Shown piece by piece: positions 1 through 9,226 of a stretch of DNA of 47,343 bases. Under the pieces are notes generated by a model. It had not been told where the DNA came from. It made no database searches and was given only the letters and a program-made list of their open reading frames with translations. Made by a program: the position numbers and the translations under genes. Positions within the stretch are counted from its first letter, which is position 1. The number at the start of each line of letters is the position of its first letter. Source of the DNA: a virus (taxonomy: Duplodnaviria > Caudoviricetes). Location of the stretch: the IMG/VR virus record IMGVR_UViG_3300011443_000399, positions 1 through 47,343 of that record; one strand, 5' to 3'.

Positions 1-441
1 AGTGAGTCGCTGGACGGTCGCCGTTTTTGGCCCGAGCGACGCCAGAAAAGCGTCGAGCACGTTTATCGTCGTCTGTGTCGAATACCAAACGCCATAGCGG
101 TCCTTATTCTTCAACAGGAACAACGTCGCTCTTGAGATCAATTCCTTTCTCGCGGCATCGCCGCCGTTCACGGAAGACTGGGGATCGCGGATGAGCAACT
201 GCAGCACGAGAGCGGTCGTCTCGATCCTGCCGGCAGTTCCCCAGCCATAAAATGGAGTGTTCGATTCGATGTTCCAGTAGGTCGTGTCGCCCTCGGCGCG
301 TCCCATCTTCTCGAGTCGTTCGGCGACGGCGTGTGCTTCGGCGATGTTGCCCTGGTCGAGCAGAGCCAGGCCGTATAGCGACAGTGCATAGGGCTCGTCG
401 ATCTCGTTGTTTCGCGCTCTTAGATATTCGAGAGCACGGAT
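1..441 (-). pseudogene. Internal/C-terminal fragment of host alpha-2-macroglobulin-family protein, cut at the prophage left end
   Basis: Hand translation gives 147 open codons: IRALEYL...IDEPYALSLYGLA...YWNIESNTPFYGWGTAGRIETTAL...FLLKNKDRYGVWYSTQTTINVLDA, resembling the bacterial A2M helical region. Host-like coding stops exactly at the TG at 442 and runs off the window on the left. Confidence 0.75.
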
Positions 442-482
442 TGACGGGAAATACGATAACTGAGACCAATGAAAGACGATAA
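442..482 (+). repeat. Left end with two putative transposase-binding repeats
   Basis: TGACGGG, then AAATACGATAA (449-459) and AAAGACGATAA (472-482); mirrored at the right end. Confidence 0.85.
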
Positions 483-527
483 CGAGTGGAATTTTGGGTG
501 ATTGTCGGTTGTTGGTCATTGGTTTGT

Positions 528-542
528 GTTGACTGAGTCAAC
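528..542. promoter_or_regulatory. GTTGAC-N3-GTCAAC palindrome, left-end copy
   Basis: GTTGACTGAGTCAAC; related copies at 2619, 13625, 23462, 31340, 35094 and 46044. Confidence 0.75.
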
Positions 543-566
543 TTTAAATTCCCGCATCACGGACGC

Positions 567-1124
567 TCACGCTTTCAACCTCGGCCGTCGCGCGGAGATC
601 TCGCGTAGCTGTTTAGCCAGGACCTGATCTTGCGGTCGCTGCACCCGAACGTACCAAAGGCTCGAACCGATGATCATCAGGGCCAACCCTAAGAGATTGG
701 CCCAGGGCCACAATGTCGCGAGCTGATCAAACTGATAGGATCGATAATCGACCTCTTGACCTTCGCCCCACAGCTCATGAGTAATGCCTTTCAGTTCGAT
801 GCTTAGGGCCTGTTGTTCGCTTAGTCGATCTCGCAGTTGTTTTACTTCGTCAGCCGACAGTAGGTGAGTATCCTTCGCGACCAGTCGGTCGACATCGCTC
901 TCCAACCGATCCAGATCACGCATTTTTGCGTTGTAGCGGTCAAGCACCTTCTCCTGTCCGACGATCATTTTAGAGCTTCGAGCAAGGAAGTCCTGAAACA
1001 CCGTATAGTAGAAGAAATTAACGGTGATAATGAGAGCCAGCCCGGAGAAGGCCAAAAATTTGTACAGATTATCATGTGGAAGATTCGGTACCTGAAACAT
1101 GCTTTGGGAGGATGATACACCCAT
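567..1124 (-). CDS. Hypothetical membrane protein (2 TM, coiled-coil middle), moron-like
   Basis: 185-aa ORF with hydrophobic segments at both ends; start uncertain. Confidence 0.6.
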   Translation of the reverse strand: MGVSSSQSMFQVPNLPHDNLYKFLAFSGLALIITVNFFYYTVFQDFLARSSKMIVGQEKVLDRYNAKMRDLDRLESDVDRLVAKDTHLLSADEVKQLRDRLSEQQALSIELKGITHELWGEGQEVDYRSYQFDQLATLWPWANLLGLALMIIGSSLWYVRVQRPQDQVLAKQLREISARRPRLKA

Positions 1125-1149
1125 ATTCGTCGTAAATCTATTAAGGACC

Positions 1150-1395
1150 TTAGCCGTGGAGGGGCGGGCCGTTGTAGACGACGGTCCAGCCGCGTTCGCG
1201 GGTGATGGCGACGTTCTCGGTGAAGGCGGCCTCGGCGAGGGCCGGCGTTTCGAATGCGGTGTAAAAATGCGGATTGGCGGACCGCGGGTCGCAGTTGCCG
1301 ACGATGTTGCGGTCGGCGGTGATCGCGAGCGACAGGCACGCGAAAATGCGGTCTTTATGGACGATCGCTATTTGCTGGCGTAATAGAGCTGACAT
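1150..1395 (-). CDS. Hypothetical phage protein
   Basis: 81 aa, start overlaps the upstream stop, co-oriented with the early operon. Confidence 0.55.
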   Translation of the reverse strand: MSALLRQQIAIVHKDRIFACLSLAITADRNIVGNCDPRSANPHFYTAFETPALAEAAFTENVAITRERGWTVVYNGPPLHG

Positions 1396-1628
1396 TATTC
1401 GCTTTCCTCCTCGGTGGAGTCGTCGGAGTTAATTTGAAATTTGAAATTTGAAATTTCAGAGTCAGGCTGGCCGGAGTCGCGATCGGGGAGGAGGTTGACT
1501 TCGACCGGGCCGGTGTGGCCGGTGTGCTGCTTGACGGCGAGGCGCATCATTTCGATCAATGCATGGCGCGTCTCGGGGCGTAATTGCTGCGGGCGACAGA
1601 TCGTTGCTGACGGTGTGAAGTTGCACAT
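1395..1628 (-). CDS. Hypothetical phage protein containing DSEISNFKFQI repeat peptide
   Basis: 77 aa, GAGG RBS, in operon. Confidence 0.5.
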   Translation of the reverse strand: MCNFTPSATICRPQQLRPETRHALIEMMRLAVKQHTGHTGPVEVNLLPDRDSGQPDSEISNFKFQINSDDSTEEESE

Positions 1629-1639
1629 AAAATCCTCAA

Positions 1640-2563
1640 TTACAGATTTAAAATTCTCGCCCCATAGATCGGCGAGTGTTGCGGTAGGCCCGCAACCGTG
1701 AAATTTGAAACGGGCCAGAATCGCGGTGATAGGCCCGTAATCATTGACTTAACTCTACCCCCCCCCCTCATAACGACATCGACGGCTTCTGCGAGCACCT
1801 CAGTCTCGGACCGACCTCGAACGACCTTTTTGAAATTCTCAAATTGATCGCCTGTGAATCGCACCAGGTGGTGCTTCCAGTTGGCAGTGAACTCGCTGCC
1901 AGCCCCGAATTGTGCAACCCGTTTTTTTCTCATCGCCTGGTCGGTGTCACCGCTGCCGAAATTGTCCTGGATATATTGTTTGGCGCCGCTCTCGGTGATG
2001 AGCTTGTCCTTTTTGGTGCGGGCGAGATCGTTGGCGGCTTGGGTTTGAAAAGCGGGACTGGTCAGGCGGGAGATGTGCCAGGCGACGGCCTTGCTGATCC
2101 AGCCCTTTTCGGCGATCACACGAGCATCCTCGGACATGCGGGTGAGTTGGATCATCATGTAAATGTACGCCTCGGACTTGCCGACCATTTTGGCGATCTC
2201 TTTTACGTCGTAGGAGCAATCTTCGCGGAGTTTTTTAACGCCGTATGCCTCTTCCATATAGGGCACGCCTTCGCGCTGCACGTTCTCGATGATCTGCAGC
2301 TTTAGGATGTCGGCATCGGCCACTTCGCGGACCACCGCAGGGATCGTGACCAGGCCGGCGATGATCGAAGCGCGATAGCGACGCTCGCCGGCGACGATCT
2401 GAAAGCCTTTGCCGTTTGGCCGGAGGATGATCGGCTCGAGGACGCCGTTCTCTTTTATGCTGCCCGCGAGCTCCTTGAGCGTTTTCTCGTTGAAGGTCTT
2501 GCGGTAATTTGCCGCGACGTGGATCTGATTGATCGGGATCTGTTTAAATTCGGGTTGGTTCAT
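1640..2563 (-). CDS. ParB/Spo0J-family protein (orphan, no ParA)
   Basis: LKELAGSIKENGVLEPIIL, GERRYRA arginine patch, IENVQRE, following HTH; GGAG RBS. G10 tract near the 3' end. Confidence 0.9.
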   Translation of the reverse strand: MNQPEFKQIPINQIHVAANYRKTFNEKTLKELAGSIKENGVLEPIILRPNGKGFQIVAGERRYRASIIAGLVTIPAVVREVADADILKLQIIENVQREGVPYMEEAYGVKKLREDCSYDVKEIAKMVGKSEAYIYMMIQLTRMSEDARVIAEKGWISKAVAWHISRLTSPAFQTQAANDLARTKKDKLITESGAKQYIQDNFGSGDTDQAMRKKRVAQFGAGSEFTANWKHHLVRFTGDQFENFKKVVRGRSETEVLAEAVDVVMRGGGRVKSMITGLSPRFWPVSNFTVAGLPQHSPIYGARILNL

Positions 2564-2619
2564 CGGTTTCTCCTATGGTTTCTCAAGCTACAATTCGCCC
2601 GTTTCACGGCTGAAAAATG

Positions 2620-2647
2620 TTGACAGAGCCAACACAGAGCGTAAAAT
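2620..2647 (+). promoter_or_regulatory. Sigma70-type promoter for the antisense two-gene cassette
   Basis: TTGACA (2620-2625), 16 nt, TAAAAT (2642-2647); ATG at 2659. Confidence 0.6.
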
Positions 2648-2658
2648 CTATAGTTGCT

Positions 2659-2868
2659 ATGAGAAATAGACAATTAGAAAATTTCATTGTCGCCGGGGTT
2701 GCGGTTGTCGGTTTTATGACGGTCGGTAAAGCTTTTTTGGGCGAAATTGAATCGGTTGAAAAGAAAGGACTGACTCTCGCGAGTGGCCTTGCGTTGGCTG
2801 GCCTGGGTTTTCTCCTGATCCAGCGATTCGACGACGCGGCGATCAAGCTGAACCAACTGAACGTATGA
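2659..2868 (+). CDS. Small 2-TM membrane protein (moron)
   Basis: Promoter upstream, two hydrophobic segments, ATGA coupling to the next ORF. Confidence 0.55.
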   Translation: MRNRQLENFIVAGVAVVGFMTVGKAFLGEIESVEKKGLTLASGLALAGLGFLLIQRFDDAAIKLNQLNV

Positions 2869-3137
2869 GCATTTGCACGATAAGCCTTGATCTCCTGAGA
2901 AGCCGCGTGGCCCAGGTTAATAAAGTTGCGTGGCCCGACGAGGTGCCGGTTCGCATCGAGACCGAGAACGTGACTAACGCGCGGCTCGAGAGCGATTGCT
3001 ATATGTTTTTTCTGCCCACCGAAGAGCAAGAGAAAATGTTCGAGCTCGAGCAGTTTTATAAAGGGGCCACGTTTGAAAATGCTGGTGATCATCTAGTTCT
3101 TTCCTCGATCGTTCTCAGTCCCTTCAAAACCGACTGA
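2865..3137 (+). CDS. Small acidic hypothetical protein (moron)
   Basis: ATGA overlap with the previous ORF; globular-looking composition. Confidence 0.5.
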   Translation: MSICTISLDLLRSRVAQVNKVAWPDEVPVRIETENVTNARLESDCYMFFLPTEEQEKMFELEQFYKGATFENAGDHLVLSSIVLSPFKTD

Positions 3138-3404
3138 TTCATCGGTAAATTGCGGCGGGTAGGCGATTCGTTTGAGACGGGTCACCCAGGCTTTGTAGGC
3201 GGCACGCGATCGCTCGATGCACGCGATGTCGTCCTCGAGCGATGAACATCTGCGTTTGTAATAGTCGGCATCGGCGATCAGAGCGGCGTGGTTTTTGGCC
3301 ATGAGCTCGGTGGCGTCGGCGATGCGCTGTAGGCTGCCGGCGTTGATTCTCTCGATGGTTTCGTTGCCCGACCATTCCTTACGTGACGAATCTCTCATGC
3401 TCAT
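3093..3404 (-). CDS. Hypothetical coiled-coil phage protein
   Basis: GGAGG RBS, ATGA coupling in the early operon. Confidence 0.6.
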   Translation of the reverse strand: MSMRDSSRKEWSGNETIERINAGSLQRIADATELMAKNHAALIADADYYKRRCSSLEDDIACIERSRAAYKAWVTRLKRIAYPPQFTDESVGFEGTENDRGKN

Positions 3405-3640
3405 ACGGTAGCCTCCTTTTTAGCGGTATTCTGATCGCGGCGGTGTTTGCGGCAGGTGTCGCAGGCGATGAAGTTGAGATCGTCGCGACGACCTCCGCAG
3501 ATGCCGCATTTTCCGAGGACCTTGCGGATGTCGCGGCGGCCGGCTGAGTAGAGCGATTTGTACTCAGCACAGTCGGTGCAGTTGGTCTTGCCTGGCTCGG
3601 GCGGCTGCTTTTTGCAGCGGATGCAGAGATCTCGTTTCAT
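3401..3640 (-). CDS. Small Cys-rich (4x CxxC) zinc-binding protein
   Basis: CIRC, CTDC, CGIC, CDTC. Confidence 0.7.
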   Translation of the reverse strand: MKRDLCIRCKKQPPEPGKTNCTDCAEYKSLYSAGRRDIRKVLGKCGICGGRRDDLNFIACDTCRKHRRDQNTAKKEATV

Positions 3641-4107
3641 ATCGCACCTTGTCGCTTGCTAAAAGGATCTCCCGAGCCGATTCGAAATTTCGAATTTGAA
3701 ATTTCAGAGTCCGGAGCACGGTTGGTCATTCGGTCGACGACGTCGATGGTGACGATGGTGATGTCACGGCCTGAGATCTCGGGGTTGCTCTCGACGGTTG
3801 CCAGGGCCTCGGCGTAGGTGACGCGGCTCGCGAGGATGCGGTCGTGCGTGATCACGCCCCAGATCGGCTCCTCGAGCTCGTTTATTTGTTCGAAGTTCAT
3901 AATGTGATTTACCGTCAGGCGTTCACGGAACGCGGGTTTTAGCTTGGCCATTGCCCGGCGTTCGATGGCCTGGATGTTTTGACGGGAGCAGCCGGATACG
4001 AAGGCGATCTCTTCGATGGACCACTCGCGGCGTGGATCGTAGAGCTCGAGCAGGAGAAGCCCGGCGTCGATCGTGCCGTCTGTGATGGTGGAGAGGTCAG
4101 GCGTCAT
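3637..4107 (-). CDS. Sigma70 region-4-like HTH protein
   Basis: WSIEEIAFVSGCSRQNIQAIERRAMAKLK resembles sigma region 4.2; start uncertain. Confidence 0.65.
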   Translation of the reverse strand: MTPDLSTITDGTIDAGLLLLELYDPRREWSIEEIAFVSGCSRQNIQAIERRAMAKLKPAFRERLTVNHIMNFEQINELEEPIWGVITHDRILASRVTYAEALATVESNPEISGRDITIVTIDVVDRMTNRAPDSEISNSKFRIGSGDPFSKRQGAI

Positions 4108-4237
4108 ACTGAGAATCGAGCGTGGCGGCTGTCCTCCCGAAGGATGGATTTTCCCCGCCGCCACGCGTCGTCTACTTAACTTATGTGATGAAACTGCCGC
4201 GGTTCGAGGGCATTGCGGCGGGTTTGCCCATCGCGAT

Positions 4238-4480
4238 CTAATGCGGGTGCGGAGTCGGCGTCGGCGAGGACAGGGCCTTGCCGCAGATGGCCTCGCGTTC
4301 GATCTCTTTGATCATGAGCTCGCGGCCGATGCAGCGGGCGTTGATGCGGAGGAGCTCGTTTTGTTCGCGGAGCAGACGGATCTCAAAGATCAATGCGGCG
4401 AGGTTCGCCGAGGCGATGAGCACGCCCACAATGATTAGGATCACGAACAGGGTTAGTTTTGGTGGTGCTTTCATTTTCAT
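4238..4480 (-). CDS. Small single-TM hypothetical protein
   Basis: AGGAG RBS, N-terminal hydrophobic helix. Confidence 0.55.
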   Translation of the reverse strand: MKMKAPPKLTLFVILIIVGVLIASANLAALIFEIRLLREQNELLRINARCIGRELMIKEIEREAICGKALSSPTPTPHPH

Positions 4481-4498
4481 GGGTTGGGTTTTCTCCTT

Positions 4499-5734
4499 TT
4501 AACGTTTTTTGAATGCCAGGGATCTGTTGGGCGATTCGAAGAACATCTTTGTCTTGATCGCTTTGCCGATGACCTTTTTGTTTTCGAAGTCGCGCATTGA
4601 GATCCGCAGGGCTTCGTTGGCGATGTTGCCGAGGCCGAGGGGCGTTTCGGATTGCGAGCAGATGAGATCGATGGCCTCGTCGTCGAAGAGGTCCTTAAGA
4701 CGGCGGCCGGCGAGCTTCTCAATGCGGTGCTCGAGGTAGCCGCGGGCGATGGTTTGAAACTGCGGCATCTCGACGACGTCGACGCGCTCGTAGATCTCCT
4801 GGAACTCCGGGGTGGAGAGCATCGATTCGAAGCTGGGCCAGCCGAAGAGCACGATGCCGAGATACTTTTGAAAGCCTCCCGACGACATTTCATGGAAGTT
4901 TTTGAGCGAGCGGATGGCGTCGCGGTGCATCTTGTGGCACTCGTCGAAGGCGACGGCGACGCGGATGCCGTTTTGCGTTAAGCTCTGCAGCTTGCCGGTG
5001 ACGGCCTTGCCGAGAGCGGCCGAGCGGCCAGGGACCGGCGAGTCGCAATCGCGAAGGATGGTGCGGGCGATCTCGTAGGGCGAGATCTTTGCCTGGTCGA
5101 AAAACTCGGGCCAGATCACCATGAGATTTGACTCGCTGGCGACGTGGTCCTCGACCATGGCACGCAGGGTCGTTTTGCCGCTGCCTATGGGCCCAAGCAC
5201 CGCGACGAAGTGGCGATACTTGATGGCGTCGATGACGCGATCGTAGATCTCGCGATACTCGGGCGGAAAGAAAACCTCGTCGCGTGTCTGCGGCGGGTTT
5301 TTGAACGGGTCGAGCGGCATTTGCTTACCGTCGACATCGGCGATAAAGCCGAAATGAAGGCACTCGGTATCGGACAGGGCAACGCGTTTTGAGATCATGG
5401 GTTGGTATTCTCCTTCGGTAAAGATCAGGCTCAGACGGTTGTCGATCTGAGATTTGGAAAGTCCCTGGTCAACGAGAAACGGACGCATGACGCCGGCGAT
5501 CGCACCGGCGAATTTGTCCATGTACTCGGGCTGCAGAGTTTGGTTGACGAAGCGCGAGAGCATCGTCGGGCTCGTCTTAAAGCCGGACTTACCCAGCATC
5601 GCGTCGAGACCGCGAAGGCTGATGCCAAACTCGTTGAAGAGTAGGCCGACAGGCGTCAGCGGATGTTTGCGTCCGCCGCCGCGGTTGTGCGGCGAATGGA
5701 TGGGTGTGACGTTGTTGGGTTGGATCTGCGTCAT
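4499..5734 (-). CDS. Transposition AAA+ ATPase (MuB/ExeA-like) with N-terminal HTH-like region
   Basis: Walker A GPIGSGKT, Walker B VAFDE, directly downstream of the transposase. Confidence 0.88.
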   Translation of the reverse strand: MTQIQPNNVTPIHSPHNRGGGRKHPLTPVGLLFNEFGISLRGLDAMLGKSGFKTSPTMLSRFVNQTLQPEYMDKFAGAIAGVMRPFLVDQGLSKSQIDNRLSLIFTEGEYQPMISKRVALSDTECLHFGFIADVDGKQMPLDPFKNPPQTRDEVFFPPEYREIYDRVIDAIKYRHFVAVLGPIGSGKTTLRAMVEDHVASESNLMVIWPEFFDQAKISPYEIARTILRDCDSPVPGRSAALGKAVTGKLQSLTQNGIRVAVAFDECHKMHRDAIRSLKNFHEMSSGGFQKYLGIVLFGWPSFESMLSTPEFQEIYERVDVVEMPQFQTIARGYLEHRIEKLAGRRLKDLFDDEAIDLICSQSETPLGLGNIANEALRISMRDFENKKVIGKAIKTKMFFESPNRSLAFKKR

Positions 5735-5762
5735 AAGTCAATTACAAATTTGAAATTTCGAA

Positions 5763-7505
5763 TTAGCCGGCGAGCCGGATGCCCTCCTGCGCGTGTCCGC
5801 GGCCGTCGATCGCGGCCTCGACCTGGGTGACCGGGAGCTCGCCTTCCTGGTTGGGGAAGAGGGCGAGCAGGAATTGTTTGCAGTCGTCTTTGCTGGCGAA
5901 TTTTGTTTGGTACTCGGCGACAGCTTCCCAGTAGGTGATCGGTTTGCCGACGTAGGCGACGTTTTGCTGCTGTCCCGAAGCGGGAATTTGAAATTTGACA
6001 TCTGAAATTTCAGAGTCGGGCATGGGGACCGGGATGATGTCGTTGACGGCTTCGGGCGAGACGACGAATTCTTTGTGCGGAAAATTGACGATGCCGGCCT
6101 TGTCGACGTCGATCGGGACGTTGAGATGCGGGACGGGTGCGATCTGGCCGGTGAGGGAGCGTTGCTCCTTGATGGCTTTGACCGCGAGTTTGCGATCGTC
6201 CTTGAGCTCGCGGGTGATGCGAGCTGCTTTGCTCTCGGCGACTGTCCGGTACTCGCCCGCGGTGTCGACGCCGGCGACGACCTTGTCGATCTCGTACACG
6301 TCGCCATTGGCGAGCGTCATGAGGATCATATTGATCGCGTGCGGGACGACGACCTGGACGGTCTGGCCGATGAGATCGACGAACGGGCGAGCATTCGGCA
6401 GCTTGTAAGCGACCTTGCGATACGTGACGGTCATGCCGGGCTCGATGACGGCCGGAAACTCGTCTGAGAGCAGCGCGGACTCGATGACGTCCGGCGCTAC
6501 TTTGCGGACGATGACGCGCTTGCCGTGCCAGCGGTTGATCGGCTTTTCGCCGGTCGCCCGGTGCAGGCGATTGTCGTAATGGGCACAGACCTCGTCGGCA
6601 AAACGATTGAGGTCCTCGATGGTGATCCGCTGGCCCTCGCTGACGGCGAGGCCGATGTATTTGTCGGCTTTCTCAGCCCATTTGTGGGCACCCTCGACCT
6701 TGCCGGTGGCCTGCGGATTGTGCGGAGCGTGACGCTCGTGACGGTAGCCGCCCTCGTTGGCCAGCAGGCTGCCCAAGATCCGCTCGGCGCGTATGTGATA
6801 GCCCTTGAACTCGGAGCCGTTGTCGGTGTAGAGGATGTGCGGCACGCCGAGCGTGGTAAATGCCTCGCACTCGAAGCGGACCATATCGAGCGACGTGACG
6901 GCGTTGGTCACGACGTATCGCAGGAAGCGTCGCCGGCTGTGATCGTCGACGAGCATAATCTGCCAAACGCGCTGCTTTGTGGCGTCCTGCTGCGGATGGT
7001 TTTTATCGATACCCTCGATCTTGAGCACGCGGCGGGTGGTCACATCCTCCCAGCGGGTCTTGAGCGCGGTGCAGTCGATCTGGAATATCTGGCCTGGAAA
7101 CTCGGCCTCCCAACGGCGGTGAGCGCGGCGGCTCTTGCGACGCTGCGTTTTGCCGAGACCGTTCTCAAACAGCAGGCGGCGAAACGTCTCGAGCGTCGGC
7201 AGGTTTTTGAGCCCGCGGGTCCTTGCGGTAAGCAATGCCTGGTCAGGATCCAGCTTGTCGACGACGACGAGCTGCGCGGCGGTCCAGACGTCGGTGCCGG
7301 GCACGAGATCGAATTCTCGTTTCCCTTTGTCCGATCGCGGCTTTCGCTGTGTGCGCAGATCCTTGGTCATCGTGTAAATGTGCTGCCAGGAGCACTCGTG
7401 CACACTCGCCAAACTTACGGCCTTTGCCTTAGCGGCAGTGCCGACCAGCCCGGTCATGGCGGTGCGAATCTCTTCAATGGCCGTTGAGCCTAGTTTTCGA
7501 TTCAT
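5763..7505 (-). CDS. DDE transposase (MuA-like)
   Basis: RKPRSDKG, FQIDCT, YTDNGSEF, PQATGKVE, YDNRLHRATGEKP; likely start MNRK at 7505. Confidence 0.92.
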   Translation of the reverse strand: MNRKLGSTAIEEIRTAMTGLVGTAAKAKAVSLASVHECSWQHIYTMTKDLRTQRKPRSDKGKREFDLVPGTDVWTAAQLVVVDKLDPDQALLTARTRGLKNLPTLETFRRLLFENGLGKTQRRKSRRAHRRWEAEFPGQIFQIDCTALKTRWEDVTTRRVLKIEGIDKNHPQQDATKQRVWQIMLVDDHSRRRFLRYVVTNAVTSLDMVRFECEAFTTLGVPHILYTDNGSEFKGYHIRAERILGSLLANEGGYRHERHAPHNPQATGKVEGAHKWAEKADKYIGLAVSEGQRITIEDLNRFADEVCAHYDNRLHRATGEKPINRWHGKRVIVRKVAPDVIESALLSDEFPAVIEPGMTVTYRKVAYKLPNARPFVDLIGQTVQVVVPHAINMILMTLANGDVYEIDKVVAGVDTAGEYRTVAESKAARITRELKDDRKLAVKAIKEQRSLTGQIAPVPHLNVPIDVDKAGIVNFPHKEFVVSPEAVNDIIPVPMPDSEISDVKFQIPASGQQQNVAYVGKPITYWEAVAEYQTKFASKDDCKQFLLALFPNQEGELPVTQVEAAIDGRGHAQEGIRLAG

Positions 7506-7518
7506 AATCGTCGTCGAT

Positions 7519-7555
7519 AAAAAAGGCGGAGACGGCGGGCTGGTGCCGCCTCCGC
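7519..7555 (-). terminator. Intrinsic terminator immediately upstream of the transposase
   Basis: Minus strand GCGGAGGCGGC-8 nt-GCCGTCTCCGC then CTTTTTT. Confidence 0.7.
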
Positions 7556-7569
7556 GTCCAGGGGAATGG

Positions 7570-8250
7570 TCAGGCCGCGGCCTGACGCGTCGGTAACTGC
7601 GAACGTAAAAATGCGACAAAGTCGGCGAGCTGCTCTTCGCTCAGATCGCTCGATGCCTGTGCTCCGTAACGAACGCCGAGCACGCGACGCCAACCGGATT
7701 TATCGACGTAGGTTTTGTCGTCCCGCAGGTCCTTTTCGTCGGCGATCAGGGCGGTCTCATAGCCGAGTACGTGAGCTTCGCGGAGGAGCTTTTGATAGTT
7801 GTTGATCGGCTCGCCGGAATACTCGACGACGTTGCTTCGCTTGGCGGCGTAATGAAGCTTGACCAGGTCGATGCCCTTGTTGCGCAAGGCACTGCGAGAC
7901 GCCCGCGACGTGGCCAGGCTCTGCAGCTGCTCGAATGTGAGCGGGTGATCGTCGGCGCCTGTTTCGTGGACGTTCGCGATGCCGGTAGACGACACGAACG
8001 AGCCGTCCTCGAACGTGATGCGGTATTTGACTGCGATCGCGTCGCCGAGCGGCGAAGCCATGGGCTCGTCCTCGATGCCAACCGCGTCGGTCAGCTTGTG
8101 GATCAGGACGGCGGTCGCGTCGCGATCGAAGAACGGCTGAGGATCATTTGAGTAGAAGATGATCTGCTCCGGCTCGAGGCCGTAGGTGGCGGCAAATTCG
8201 GCGATCAGCTCGTGCTGCTCTTTTGTGTAGTTTCGGTTTTCTGTGTTCAT
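7570..8250 (-). CDS. Hypothetical protein with GemA/DUF1018-like C-terminus
   Basis: WRRVLGVRYGAQASSDLSEEQLADFVAFL resembles the GemA motif; GGAG RBS. Confidence 0.6.
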   Translation of the reverse strand: MNTENRNYTKEQHELIAEFAATYGLEPEQIIFYSNDPQPFFDRDATAVLIHKLTDAVGIEDEPMASPLGDAIAVKYRITFEDGSFVSSTGIANVHETGADDHPLTFEQLQSLATSRASRSALRNKGIDLVKLHYAAKRSNVVEYSGEPINNYQKLLREAHVLGYETALIADEKDLRDDKTYVDKSGWRRVLGVRYGAQASSDLSEEQLADFVAFLRSQLPTRQAAA

Positions 8251-8296
8251 TGTTTTTTCTCCTATCTGTTTAATCGAGATCCTGACTGCTGCACTG

Positions 8297-8319
8297 GCCC
8301 TTACTTACGTGCGGGCTAC
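8297..8319 (-). repeat. GTAG-type REP-like element
   Basis: Intergenic GTAGCCCGCACGTAAGTAAGGGC. Confidence 0.45.
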
Positions 8320-8328
8320 TGACACCGA

Positions 8329-9225
8329 TCAGAGCTCATCTTCGTCGCCGAAATCGTCGTCGTCAGCGAGGACCTTGCTGACGGTGTCCGACAATCGGCC
8401 GGCGACCTGGGTTGGTTCGTCGTCCTCAAAATTGAAATTCACGCCATAGCTGCGGCGCGTTTGCTGGATATGCTGCCAGAGCTCGCGCATCGCGTTACCG
8501 CCTTTCTGAGCTTTCTTTTTCTCCGAGAGGTGGCCGACCTGCTCCTGCAGGGTAAGCATCGCCAGGACAGCATCGGCGAGGGCTCGGTCGTGCGGATCGC
8601 CGTCGCGCATCGCGTCGAGGTTGCGCTGCAGCTCCTCGTTCTCGTTCTCGCCGGTTTGGACCTGCTTAGTGAGCTTTTCGTTTGTGAGCTTTTGTTTCTC
8701 AACCTGGGCTTGCAGCTCGCGGCGATCGTCGAAGAGTTCGTTGAGAACTTCCTTGATCACGCCGGTATTTTTGATCTCGATCTCTTTGTCGCCGACGACC
8801 AGGCAGTCGCCTTTGATCGCGATCTCGCCCTTGCCGAGCATCTTCGAAGCGCGGACCGAGATACCGACGCTGGTGAGCAGGTCAAAGATCTCGTCACCGT
8901 GTTCGCGAATGAGGGCGAGGCGGTCGTAGTACTGCCGTTTTGACATCGGCGAATACTCGGACTTTTCGAGGAAATCGACGAAGGTTGTGTAGCCAAGGGA
9001 TTTGTATTGTCCCTCGGCCTGGAAATGCTCGAGGGCCCGGATCGTCTGGGCCGTCAGGTTGGTGGAGATCGCGATGGCCAGGTGCTCGTTTTGCTTGACC
9101 CGACCGAGGAAGAACAACGCCTCGAACTGTGACCGTTGTTCGTGCTCGGCTGCGCGTTGATCGACAACCTCGACCGCATGGTCGTCTTTGACCTGGCTAA
9201 GTTTGTCTGAAAGGTTGGTTGCCAT
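8329..9225 (-). CDS. Mu-like early protein (DUF3102-like), coiled-coil C-terminus
   Basis: YKSLGYTTFVDFLEK motif; typical position upstream of the transposase. Confidence 0.6.
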   Translation of the reverse strand: MATNLSDKLSQVKDDHAVEVVDQRAAEHEQRSQFEALFFLGRVKQNEHLAIAISTNLTAQTIRALEHFQAEGQYKSLGYTTFVDFLEKSEYSPMSKRQYYDRLALIREHGDEIFDLLTSVGISVRASKMLGKGEIAIKGDCLVVGDKEIEIKNTGVIKEVLNELFDDRRELQAQVEKQKLTNEKLTKQVQTGENENEELQRNLDAMRDGDPHDRALADAVLAMLTLQEQVGHLSEKKKAQKGGNAMRELWQHIQQTRRSYGVNFNFEDDEPTQVAGRLSDTVSKVLADDDDFGDEDEL

Positions 9226-9226
9226 A

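Noticed and set aside
104-541. ORF-track calls across the left junction
   Set aside because: Wrong frames. The real frame is the A2M fragment; an in-frame ATG at 519 inside the phage end has no RBS.
2604-3092. 162-aa minus-strand ORF
   Set aside because: The plus-strand pair has a promoter and ATGA coupling; this is probably its shadow.
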